From a virus (Duplodnaviria; Caudoviricetes), in IMG/VR virus record IMGVR_UViG_3300046167_000724: 64,000 nt of DNA, one strand, 5' to 3'. The notes under the pieces are model-generated. The model was given only the letters and a program-made list of their open reading frames with translations, was not told the DNA's origin and made no database searches. The position numbers were made by a program, and so were the translations under genes. Shown here in pieces: positions 38,730 through 47,829 of this stretch; position 1 is the first letter of the stretch, and the number at the start of each line of letters is the position of its first letter.

Positions 38730-40568
38730 ATGGCACTTCAAAAGCTAAGAGATTATTTTAAAGAAACACCAAGAGAACAGTTTATGCAACTATTAAACCA
38801 AAAGGTTCATGTTGTAGAAAAACTAGCGGCTTCAGCATTTCATGTAAAGTCTGGTGATTTAAAAAATAATTATTATAAATCAGGACAAACTCAACCTATT
38901 GATATTATTGATAGAACGATTGTAGGTTTTTACGAACCTGCAATTTTGCATTTTAAAGGTTTGTCTAATGAAATTAAAGAAGAGATGCCAAAAGATTGGA
39001 AGTTTGGTTTTGATTATTTAATTGATGGTGAAACACCTAACTTTGAATATTCGCTACTTCCAAAAAACAATTTAGTACTTACACATATTCAAGTGCTAAA
39101 TCCACTAACAGAAAATGTTAAGAAAGTCATTAGAGATACTCAAGTACTTAATAAGTGGGCTGATAAACTAGAGGTTCAAAGACCCCCAGTTGTATTTGAA
39201 GGTCAATTAAGATTTGATCAGAAAGAATCTTTAATTAAACTTCTTGAAATGACAGACCGTGAATTTACAACAACATATGAGTCTCGTTCATTTACAAAAG
39301 ATTTATTTAACATATTTGATACAAACGTTAGAAACTCAACACTTCAAGAAGGTTTAGATACCGATATTGACGGTCTTATAATTTCTTTTGTAGATGGTAA
39401 AAAAATGACGCCATTTAAAATTGAAGATTTTAGAAGAGTTAATGAATCAAATACAGAAAGAAAGTCATCCGATATTTACCAGATTACAATTGTTGATTTA
39501 ATTGAGTATTTATCAAATTATGATTTTAAAAAGCATAGTTTAATTAAAGAGAAAAAAGACCGTAGATTTTTAGAGCTTATGTCTGAAGTATTTAATTCTT
39601 ATATTAAAGAACACGCTACTAAATTTATTGGGGTTAACTTTGAAACCGCTGATTTTGCAAAAAAAGATGCGTTTAAGTTAAACACTGAATTTATTGAAAA
39701 TCAACAAACTCTTAAACTTATCGATAATAAAATTTTAAGTGAACTTTTTAAAATTACATTAAGCTCATTTAGAAGAGAAAGAACAAAAACTACAGATATT
39801 TTGTCTGAAGATATGGTTAATCAAATGAATGAGATTGTTAAATCTATTGACGACCACGTATCTGCAAAAATAGAAGAAGGTGATGTGTTAGATTTTAATA
39901 CTTATAAAAAGATGGATACAATTAATTCATCAATGAATGAAGCCCTTAAAGTAGATTATCCAGAACAAGGCAATAAACTTGTTAATATGTTTGTTGGTAG
40001 ATTCCAACCATTTACATTAGGTCATGCTAAAGTTGTTAAAGCAATTCACCAACAAAACGGTTATCCAGTTGTAATCTTATTAGTTAAGTCTAAGACGAAA
40101 AAGAAAGAAGATGCTTTCAAACGTCCTTATGATGAAGACACTCAATTAGATATGCTTAACAAACTTAAGAGAGAACTTCCAATTGAAGACGTATTTATTA
40201 TACCGACGGGTGGTATTGATACAATGTTTAATGCAATGAGACCCAAGTACGAGCCGGTTTTATGGGGTACGGGTTCTGATAGAATGAAAACATATGGCTT
40301 CCAGGTTAATAATGATCAATATAGAGAAGACTTAGGAGTTAGAGATGATTTTAAACTTTTTGAAATTCCAAGAACTGGTAAAAACATTTCAGCTACTCAA
40401 GTTAGGAATGCTATGTTAGACGGTGACGTGAAGCTATTTAAAAAATTAACGCCAAGGGGTATTCATGGAATGTATGACGAATTAAAGTCAAGACTTGAAG
40501 CTTCTATGGCAGTTGCTGAGAATGTTGAAACTATTTTAACATTTGAACAATTTATTTCTAATATATAA
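38730..40568 (+). CDS. Divergent ligase-fold domain fused to a HIGH-superfamily (NMNAT/cytidyltransferase-like) nucleotidyltransferase
   Basis: C-terminal 'FVGRFQPFTLGH', 'GSDR', 'ISATQVR'; N-terminal 'EKLAA', 'PPVVFEG', 'DGLII', 'FKIED'; ends in CTS-like 'ILTFEQFISNI'. Confidence 0.7.
   Translation: MALQKLRDYFKETPREQFMQLLNQKVHVVEKLAASAFHVKSGDLKNNYYKSGQTQPIDIIDRTIVGFYEPAILHFKGLSNEIKEEMPKDWKFGFDYLIDGETPNFEYSLLPKNNLVLTHIQVLNPLTENVKKVIRDTQVLNKWADKLEVQRPPVVFEGQLRFDQKESLIKLLEMTDREFTTTYESRSFTKDLFNIFDTNVRNSTLQEGLDTDIDGLIISFVDGKKMTPFKIEDFRRVNESNTERKSSDIYQITIVDLIEYLSNYDFKKHSLIKEKKDRRFLELMSEVFNSYIKEHATKFIGVNFETADFAKKDAFKLNTEFIENQQTLKLIDNKILSELFKITLSSFRRERTKTTDILSEDMVNQMNEIVKSIDDHVSAKIEEGDVLDFNTYKKMDTINSSMNEALKVDYPEQGNKLVNMFVGRFQPFTLGHAKVVKAIHQQNGYPVVILLVKSKTKKKEDAFKRPYDEDTQLDMLNKLKRELPIEDVFIIPTGGIDTMFNAMRPKYEPVLWGTGSDRMKTYGFQVNNDQYREDLGVRDDFKLFEIPRTGKNISATQVRNAMLDGDVKLFKKLTPRGIHGMYDELKSRLEASMAVAENVETILTFEQFISNI
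40560..40567 (+). promoter_or_regulatory. Putative late promoter variant AATATATA
   Basis: At the gene boundary upstream of ATG 40589. Confidence 0.4.
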
Positions 40569-40588
40569 TAAAATACAATTATAGTAAG

Positions 40589-43114
40589 ATGTTTGAATCT
40601 TTTAACAATTTTATAAATAACAGCATGCCTTTAAACGAAGGTATGTTTTCATTTAAAACTTTAGGTGATAATAAAGCAATTAGCGCAATGTCAGGTGCTG
40701 ATATTTACATGTTTGACGATAAAGGAAACAAATGGCATGAAGAAGACTATGAAGGTTACGGCCTCTTTGGTGGTAAAGACTTTTTTGAGTTAATGGCTGA
40801 AATGAATGGTGAAACAGGTAGAGATGCAGGTATTGACCTTTATTTCGGTAATGATAAAAAAGTTTTGTACCCGGCATTAACAAGAGACAAAAATTTTAAC
40901 TGGAAAAGACACAAGTTTACTACTAAAATAAAGTCAGACCCTAAGCAAGGTGCTTTCTCTGAATCAGTGATTAATGAGGCTAAATCAATCGCTAAGATTC
41001 AAAAAGAATGGGCTAAAGTTACAGCTATGATGAAAGATACAGTCGCATCATATAAAGAAGCTGAAGGTAAAGACAAAGAAGATTTATTAGACCAGCTTAA
41101 AGTTTTAACAATTTCTAAAAAGAAACTTGAGGTTGAATTAGATGATGCAGTCGGTATTAAAGACATGGACGTTGAACTAGCAGAATCTTCAGTTATTACA
41201 GAGTCACTTAAACCACGTGATATTAAAGTGGGTAGAGGATTTAAAATCGGCGATGACATTTTTAAAATTATTGAAATTAAAAAAGACAAACGTTTTGGTG
41301 ATATCGCAAATACAGAACGTATTGACCATATATCCGGTAAAAAATACACTTATAGAGATACGGTTAAAGACCTTGTAGATTTCTTTAATGAGGAGGGTGC
41401 GGTTGCAGAAGGTATGGAATTTACTATTACTGATGTAATTAATGAGTCATTAAACAAAAGACACGTTACACTAAAAAGAAAATATACTGAAAATTATCCA
41501 GCGATTACTGCAGGTAAATCAGCAAGAATCAGAAATAAAATGCTTGAGGCGATTGCTGACGGTAAAATTACACAAGAAGAATTCGACACTATCTTAAAAG
41601 AAATGTCAATAGATACTAAGAGATGGTCAAAAAGAAATACAAAATATTTTAACGTATCAGAAGACGGTGTGTCACTTTCTAAGTTTGGTAGAAGAATCCT
41701 TAATCAAATTACAATTAATGAAGCAGAGTCTATGATTAATGAAAAAAGAGAGAACTGGATTGTTTATACGGGCGAAGTTCAAAAGAAATTTTATTCAGAA
41801 CACACAGGTAGAAAGTCTGCTGAAAAAATGGTAAATATGGCTATGAGAGTTTTGAATCAAGTAGGTATGATGCCAAAAAGTTTGTGGGAAAAAGAAGAAG
41901 AAGAAGGTTTTGTTGTAGAAGACACTGTATTCATATATGAATCATTTAAAGTTTTTGAAGCTAATAGTGTTAACGAATCAGCGTTTGTAGTATGGTATGA
42001 AGATAAAGAGGGCAAGCACATTTTAGGCACGTTCCATAATAAGAGAGCTGCTGACAAGTACAAGAAAGAAGAAGAAGACGAGGTGCTTAACACTGTAGGT
42101 GTTGAAAGCATTGGTACTATGTCTAGGAAGATGTGGGATAAAAACGAAGCACCTTACATCAAAGAGTCAATTGACCTTAACGAAGCATTTGCTTCTTCTA
42201 AGCTGAGAAACCTTTTAACAATGAGAGGTGCTGATGGTAGCGCTATTAAAAATTTAGCTAGAGCTTTTTACGGTTTAACTAAATACAAATTAGACGAACT
42301 GCCAGATGCTGCATTAAGAGATGTTGACCCTAAAACAGCATACAAGTCGTATCAAAAAGATAATGAATTTGCGGTATTCTATATTGTAGATAATGAAAAA
42401 GGAAACCCATATGGTGATAGAGGCTGGGGTCGTAAAATTGAACCAGGTATTATCGCAATCACAAGAGGTAAAGAATTCTTAGGTGCAACACACGATACTA
42501 AAAAAACACCTTCAACACTTACGACAGCTGCATTAGACAGCGCTGTTGGTGGTGATAAAAGATATTCAGGTTACGGTGCTACAGGCATTTACAATGTAAA
42601 GAGAGCTGCTGAGCTTGCAGATAGAGCTATCGTTGTATGGCTAAATAACGACGCATTCAAATCAACTGATAAGATTGAGCAAAGAGCAGACGCTAAAGCA
42701 GGTGCAATCGCGTTCACGTCAGATAAAGAATTTAAGGCAACTAACATGGCTAGATATAAAGAAATTTTAGCATCAAACGCAGCAAAGCTTCCACTAGACA
42801 AAATAGTTGAATCAGCTATCGAAGAGCTAACTAAGCAAATTGCACAAGCACTTAAAGACAATAACGCCAGCAAATATGATGGTATCCTTATCGGCACGAG
42901 CCCTAGAGGTCGTGAAGTAACTATTAAGGATGCTGGTCAGCACATGTCAAATATCCTTGACGATTACTCAAGATATTCATCTTACATGAAAAATTCAGAT
43001 GAAGAAAGAGCTAGCGGTTACTCTTCAGGTTTCTACGAAAAAGAAGCAAAGAATTACGCTAAGAGAGTAACTGACGGAGCTAAGAAAATTAAAAAGATGG
43101 ATTACGCTTGGTAA
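40589..43114 (+). CDS. Multi-module protein; putative protease-processed internal head polyprotein
   Basis: Leader 'MFESFNNFINNSMPLNE-G'; modules separated by INE, ITE, VAE, VVE, VNE and LNE sites. Confidence 0.6.
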   Translation: MFESFNNFINNSMPLNEGMFSFKTLGDNKAISAMSGADIYMFDDKGNKWHEEDYEGYGLFGGKDFFELMAEMNGETGRDAGIDLYFGNDKKVLYPALTRDKNFNWKRHKFTTKIKSDPKQGAFSESVINEAKSIAKIQKEWAKVTAMMKDTVASYKEAEGKDKEDLLDQLKVLTISKKKLEVELDDAVGIKDMDVELAESSVITESLKPRDIKVGRGFKIGDDIFKIIEIKKDKRFGDIANTERIDHISGKKYTYRDTVKDLVDFFNEEGAVAEGMEFTITDVINESLNKRHVTLKRKYTENYPAITAGKSARIRNKMLEAIADGKITQEEFDTILKEMSIDTKRWSKRNTKYFNVSEDGVSLSKFGRRILNQITINEAESMINEKRENWIVYTGEVQKKFYSEHTGRKSAEKMVNMAMRVLNQVGMMPKSLWEKEEEEGFVVEDTVFIYESFKVFEANSVNESAFVVWYEDKEGKHILGTFHNKRAADKYKKEEEDEVLNTVGVESIGTMSRKMWDKNEAPYIKESIDLNEAFASSKLRNLLTMRGADGSAIKNLARAFYGLTKYKLDELPDAALRDVDPKTAYKSYQKDNEFAVFYIVDNEKGNPYGDRGWGRKIEPGIIAITRGKEFLGATHDTKKTPSTLTTAALDSAVGGDKRYSGYGATGIYNVKRAAELADRAIVVWLNNDAFKSTDKIEQRADAKAGAIAFTSDKEFKATNMARYKEILASNAAKLPLDKIVESAIEELTKQIAQALKDNNASKYDGILIGTSPRGREVTIKDAGQHMSNILDDYSRYSSYMKNSDEERASGYSSGFYEKEAKNYAKRVTDGAKKIKKMDYAW

Positions 43115-43126
43115 TCAAATTTAATT

Positions 43127-43813
43127 ATGCCATCACAAAGTAAATCACAACAAAGACTAATGGGAGTAGCATACGCAGTTAAATCTGGTGATATGCAACT
43201 TTCTGATGTAGATGCTTCTTATAAAGATAAGGTTAAAGAGCTTGTTGATAGCATGTCTCTTAAAGACCTTAAAGACTTTGCTGAGACGGATCACAGTGGT
43301 TTACCAGAAGAAGTAACTGAGGGTGTTATGAAAATTGACTTACGTAAAATTTTAACTAGGCTTTCAGGCGCTATTGGCTATAAGCATGACCCTAAGATGC
43401 GTCAAGAATTATTATCAGCATTTGAAGAAGACCTTAAAGAAATTATGGCTAAACACAATTATATTGTTGAATATGAAACAATCGAAGAAGATTTATCAGC
43501 TACTACACCAGGTAATCTCGGTGGTATGGGTGATGTTTCTCTACCCAATGGAGATGCCGTCGGTTCAGGCGATGTCCCAGCAGGTTCTGGTAAAGCTAAA
43601 AAGAAAAAGAAGCTTAAAAACATTGAAGATTTTTTACAAGAACAAGAACAATTAAAATCATTTAAACCTGAACAGGGTAAAGGTGAAGCACTTGGTGAAG
43701 GTGAATATGAAAACGGTTCTGCAGTTTCTCCAGAACAAGAAATGGAACAACGTGCTAACGCACATAGAGTTGCAAAAAATGTAATAACATTTGACGCATT
43801 TTCAAAAAGATAA
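43127..43813 (+). CDS. DUF3008-like N-terminal domain protein with acidic, E-site-rich tail
   Basis: 'PSQSKSQQRLMGVAYAVKSG...SMSLKDLKDFAETDHSGLP' matches my recollection of DUF3008; ends 'VITFDAFSKR'. Confidence 0.55.
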   Translation: MPSQSKSQQRLMGVAYAVKSGDMQLSDVDASYKDKVKELVDSMSLKDLKDFAETDHSGLPEEVTEGVMKIDLRKILTRLSGAIGYKHDPKMRQELLSAFEEDLKEIMAKHNYIVEYETIEEDLSATTPGNLGGMGDVSLPNGDAVGSGDVPAGSGKAKKKKKLKNIEDFLQEQEQLKSFKPEQGKGEALGEGEYENGSAVSPEQEMEQRANAHRVAKNVITFDAFSKR

Positions 43814-43861
43814 TTTAAGTATCATTGAATTGAACTCCTCCACCGGTAGTCCCGGTGGACC

Positions 43862-43894
43862 AAAGGTCTAGAGCAATCTAGGCCTTTTCTTTTT
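43862..43894 (+). terminator. Rho-independent terminator closing the head-cargo cluster
   Basis: aaaggtctaga-GCAA-tctaggccttt followed by a T-rich run. Confidence 0.85.
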
Positions 43895-43922
43895 GAAACA
43901 AATACCATTAAGTGCATATAAA
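43895..43922 (+). promoter_or_regulatory. GAAAC-N17-TATAAA promoter
   Basis: Immediately after the terminator; heads the thyA/dUTPase/pol-N operon. Confidence 0.6.
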
Positions 43923-43926
43923 ATAT

Positions 43927-44172
43927 ATGAACTTCGAGATAAATCCAAACAAGCATTATTTAAAAGCACTTTTTGTTATAGAGTCTTGTACGAGTACAGC
44001 ACACTTAGATGTTGCTGAACGTTGTATTGAACTTTATAATTCAAGAGAACTTCAGTTTGTTAAGTTTTTTGATAAGTCTATGATTAAACCTATAGTTATG
44101 CATACTGGTCACTATGACCACAAAACCGCAGTTTGGATATTAAGAAAGAAATTAAGCAATAAGAAATTGTAA
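43927..44172 (+). CDS. Small hypothetical protein
   Basis: ATG 43927 preferred, because the ORF-track start at 43912 lies inside the promoter. Confidence 0.5.
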   Translation: MNFEINPNKHYLKALFVIESCTSTAHLDVAERCIELYNSRELQFVKFFDKSMIKPIVMHTGHYDHKTAVWILRKKLSNKKL

Positions 44173-44173
44173 T

Positions 44174-44347
44174 ATGACAGAAGAGGACCAAGTTATTGAA
44201 GTGTTAATGCAAGCATCTGAATATGGTATTAGAGAAGAGGTGATTCAATATTCAAGACATCTTAGAGAAATTAATATTAGATTAAATCGCATAGACGCAT
44301 ACGAAATGGCAATGCGACATATTTTAGAAGTTACTGGAGATGAATAA
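44174..44347 (+). CDS. Small hypothetical protein (57 aa, not in the ORF track)
   Basis: MTEEDQVIEVLMQASEYGIREEVIQYSRHLREINIRLNRIDAYEMAMRHILEVTGDE; overlaps the thyA start. Confidence 0.6.
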   Translation: MTEEDQVIEVLMQASEYGIREEVIQYSRHLREINIRLNRIDAYEMAMRHILEVTGDE

Positions 44348-45296
44348 ATTAGATCAAGATTATCAACAACTTCTTTTAGACATTATGACAAATGGTGTGG
44401 AAAAAGAAGACAGAACCGGCACCGGCACAATTTCAGTATTCGGTCGGCAGATTCGCCACAATATGCAAGATGGCTTTCCACTTCTTACAACCAAACGAAT
44501 GGCAATCAATTCTATTATGACCGAGTTGAAATGGTTCTTAAAAGGGGATACCAACATTAAGTATTTGGTGGAGAATGGTTGTAACATCTGGAATGGTGAT
44601 GCTTACAAGCAATATGTAGATATAGAATGCAACCCACCACACGATCATTCATTATCCCAAAAGGAATTCATTGATCGTATTAAGACTGATAATTTATTCG
44701 CTGCAAAGTGGGGTGAATTAGGTCCTATCTATGGTCAACAATGGAGACATTGGACCGTCAGTGAAGATACTTCATATGATGACGAATATGTTTGGGTTGA
44801 TCAAATCCAATATCTTATTCAACAATTAAAAGAGAATCCGGATTCTCGCAGATTAATGGTTTCTGCATGGAATGTTGGAGAGTTAGACCAAATGACTTTA
44901 CCACCATGTCATTATGGTTTCCAAGTTTATACAAGACCTTCAACAAGAGAAGAGAAGATTGTAAACCCTGGTAAATACCGCGTAGTATCTTTAATGTGGA
45001 ACCAGCGTTCAGTCGATACGTTCTTAGGTCTACCATTTAACATTGCATCTTACGGAATGCTTTTAGAGCTGATCGCTAAAGAATGTGATATGATTCCTGG
45101 GGAATTAATTGGTAACTTAGGAGATGTACATCTTTATAAGAATCATATTAAACAGGCGAATACACAATGTAGTCGTCAATCTTATAACTTACCAAAACTT
45201 ACTAAGTTAAAGGGTAGTTTACTTAAAGGCGAATTTGAGCATAGTATAGAGTATTATGAATGTTGGCCAAAAATTGAAGCACCTATAAGTAATTAA
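44340..45296 (+). CDS. thyA: Thymidylate synthase
   Basis: 'DRTGTGT', 'ELKWFLKG', 'LGPIYGQQWR', 'LPPCH', 'QRSVDTFLGLPFNIASY', 'GDVHLYKNH'. Confidence 0.97.
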   Translation: MNKLDQDYQQLLLDIMTNGVEKEDRTGTGTISVFGRQIRHNMQDGFPLLTTKRMAINSIMTELKWFLKGDTNIKYLVENGCNIWNGDAYKQYVDIECNPPHDHSLSQKEFIDRIKTDNLFAAKWGELGPIYGQQWRHWTVSEDTSYDDEYVWVDQIQYLIQQLKENPDSRRLMVSAWNVGELDQMTLPPCHYGFQVYTRPSTREEKIVNPGKYRVVSLMWNQRSVDTFLGLPFNIASYGMLLELIAKECDMIPGELIGNLGDVHLYKNHIKQANTQCSRQSYNLPKLTKLKGSLLKGEFEHSIEYYECWPKIEAPISN

Positions 45297-45297
45297 T

Positions 45298-45504
45298 ATG
45301 AGTTGGTTTAATTATATAGGAATATACTTAATTATCGGTACCATTTTAATGGCTATTTTAGATATTACATTTAATAGAGTTAAATCCATGTTAGACGATG
45401 AATTTAAAGAAGGGTATACAAATTTAGAAAGAGTTTATGTTATAATAGTGTGGCCTATATTTTTATACAATTTAATTAAAGAGATTTTAAAAGTAAACAA
45501 ATAA
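45298..45504 (+). CDS. Small membrane protein
   Basis: 68 aa with two hydrophobic segments. Confidence 0.55.
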   Translation: MSWFNYIGIYLIIGTILMAILDITFNRVKSMLDDEFKEGYTNLERVYVIIVWPIFLYNLIKEILKVNK

Positions 45505-45525
45505 ATATAAATTCATATAATAATC

Positions 45526-45903
45526 ATGGATGTAAATTTTAAACTTATTTTACCAGGAGCACAGTCTGATATTTCAGCTGATAAAATCAACTGGGTTACT
45601 TGGAAAACAGACGGCGGTGGTGGATTTTCTTCATCACACGATGGACCCGATATTGGACGTTGTTTAATACTGGACCTAGAAGTTATGCCATTGGCAGTTC
45701 TTTTAGAGCTTTCTAAAAACAACTTTGAAAACCTAGATGGTTTATTACAAAAATCAGCGTATGCTTATTTGAGTATGCCAATAATTTCTATGGAAGAAGT
45801 TACTCGAGAAAATATTAAATTTACAACACAAGAGGGAGAATTCGAATTATTAATCAATGCAAATCCAATCTTAAGGACACGTACACCATTCAGTTACACA
45901 TAA
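45526..45903 (+). CDS. Hypothetical protein
   Basis: 125-aa ORF in an operon context. Confidence 0.55.
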   Translation: MDVNFKLILPGAQSDISADKINWVTWKTDGGGGFSSSHDGPDIGRCLILDLEVMPLAVLLELSKNNFENLDGLLQKSAYAYLSMPIISMEEVTRENIKFTTQEGEFELLINANPILRTRTPFSYT

Positions 45904-45904
45904 T

Positions 45905-46372
45905 ATGGCAAATATAGATAATCAATGTAAAGACCTAGAAGTAACAGACTTCTATGGCGAATCAAAAACGCATTTGGCAGACATCATGTCTCATCAAAAA
46001 GAAATGCAAGAAAAAACTTATGGTGTTAACTTTGAAAACATGACAATTCGCGAAGTCATGAATTTCTGGCACATGAACACACACGCAGTCATTGATGAAA
46101 TTCACGAGATGACAGATGCATTGGGTGGTATCAATGATGGTTCCGGTAATGCAGTTTGGAAGCCTTGGAAGAAAGACCACACTATATATGATACTATGAA
46201 GGTTTCTGATTTATCAGAAGGTGACCTTAAGGAGTTGTATATGGAATGGGTTGATATCCTACACTTCTTTATGAACTACGCTGCGTCAATCGGACTCGAT
46301 GCACAAACGGCATATAATTACTACTTTGCAAAAGCTGAAGAGAATAAGAACCGTCAAAAGCGTGGATACTAA
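45905..46372 (+). CDS. Dimeric all-alpha dUTPase/dCTPase (MazG-like, gp56-type)
   Basis: 'DEIHEMTDAL', 'WKPWK', 'ELYMEWVDILHF', 'KAEENKNRQKRGY'. Confidence 0.85.
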   Translation: MANIDNQCKDLEVTDFYGESKTHLADIMSHQKEMQEKTYGVNFENMTIREVMNFWHMNTHAVIDEIHEMTDALGGINDGSGNAVWKPWKKDHTIYDTMKVSDLSEGDLKELYMEWVDILHFFMNYAASIGLDAQTAYNYYFAKAEENKNRQKRGY

Positions 46373-47775
46373 TGCTATTAGATGTAGAGCAAAAAGATAA
46401 AGAAATTATCGTTTCATATTACGATACAGAAGGTCAAGTAAAGTTTCGTCGTTATCCGATTGAGCAATACAAAAACTGGTATATTACAGATGAAAACGAT
46501 AGATATAAACACGATTCTTTAAGAAACTGGGACGGTCGCCCCGTTAAAGAAGGTAGAGCTAGGCAGTACAGTAAATTTTCATTGATTTCATTTTTAGATA
46601 ATTTACCGGATAATGATAAGAAGATTATCTTTGAACCTACAATGCCAAAAACATACTTTGTCGATATTGAAACTGAGATTGTTGATGGTTTCCCAAAACC
46701 AGAAGAAGCTAAAACTAGAATCTTATCATTTTCAATTATCACACCAGAACGTAAAGCGATTGTACTGGGTTTAGAAGATATGGCACCTGATAAAATTCAG
46801 AAGATTCAAGACGATACAAACAATTACTTTAAGACTCTTGATTCTGATTGGACTTTTGATTACCGTAAGTTTGATTCTGAATATGATATGGTTTTTACAT
46901 TTATCAATAGGTTTTTGCCTAAGTTTCCGATGATGACAGGTTGGAACTTTATTAATTATGACTGGCAGTATATTGTAAACCGTTGTAAGCGTCTTCAGAT
47001 TGATATTACAGCAGCTGCAAAAACTAAAGCTCTTGACCGTGTAGATTCACGGCCGTTGCATATGGGTATTCTTGATTACATGCAATTGTATGACAAATAC
47101 GACCGTAGTGTTAAAGTAAAGGAGTCTAACGCACTCGACTATGTATCTGGACAAGTACTTAACTTGAATAAGATAAAGTATACAGGTGGCTTACAAGACT
47201 TGTATGAACAAGATTTTGTTAAGTATATTTACTACAATGTTGTCGATTCAGTTTTAGTTTATTATATTGATCAAAAGCTAAAGTCAATGGAAGTTCTTTT
47301 GACCCTAGCATCTATCACAAAAATGCCATTATATAAAGCTGCATCACCAGTATCAGTTACCGAAGCTTTGATTGCACGTAAGCTTGCTGAAGAAAACAAA
47401 TGCGTTGCAACTGAAAAGAAAGAGGACAGCTTTAAAGATGGTAAGTACGCTGGTGCTTATGTGAAACAGCCTAAAGTTGGGTATTATCAAGGTGTAAGTG
47501 CATTTGACTTTGCATCACTATATCCATCTATTATGCGTCAGTTTAATATTTCACCAGATGCATATAAAGATATTATTCCAGTATCACAGATACCTGAACG
47601 CCGTAAAAACAAAGATGAAATTGTTTGTGCAAATGGTGTTGTTTATGATAAAAAAGATTCTATCTTAAAGCAAATCTTAACCGACCTTTACGGACAACGT
47701 AAAGATTACAAGAAGACGTCTTATGAGTATTACTCAAAGGCAAAAGAGATCAAGGACAGATTAGCTAAATTATAA
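46372..47775 (+). CDS. gp43: Family-B DNA polymerase, N-terminal subunit (3'-5' exonuclease plus palm motif A)
   Basis: Exo 'VDIETE', 'GWNFINYDWQY', 'YNVVDS'; motif A 'AFDFASLYPSIM'; ends in the first fingers helix without motifs B or C. Confidence 0.9.
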   Translation: MLLDVEQKDKEIIVSYYDTEGQVKFRRYPIEQYKNWYITDENDRYKHDSLRNWDGRPVKEGRARQYSKFSLISFLDNLPDNDKKIIFEPTMPKTYFVDIETEIVDGFPKPEEAKTRILSFSIITPERKAIVLGLEDMAPDKIQKIQDDTNNYFKTLDSDWTFDYRKFDSEYDMVFTFINRFLPKFPMMTGWNFINYDWQYIVNRCKRLQIDITAAAKTKALDRVDSRPLHMGILDYMQLYDKYDRSVKVKESNALDYVSGQVLNLNKIKYTGGLQDLYEQDFVKYIYYNVVDSVLVYYIDQKLKSMEVLLTLASITKMPLYKAASPVSVTEALIARKLAEENKCVATEKKEDSFKDGKYAGAYVKQPKVGYYQGVSAFDFASLYPSIMRQFNISPDAYKDIIPVSQIPERRKNKDEIVCANGVVYDKKDSILKQILTDLYGQRKDYKKTSYEYYSKAKEIKDRLAKL

Positions 47776-47821
47776 TATATCACTATAATTGCTAATAATC
47801 AAGTACCCTGTTTGTTTAATA

Positions 47822-47829
47822 AATATATA
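47822..47829 (+). promoter_or_regulatory. Putative late-type promoter AATATATA upstream of nrdB
   Basis: Intergenic; followed by a 5'-leader hairpin at 47837-47872. Confidence 0.35.
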
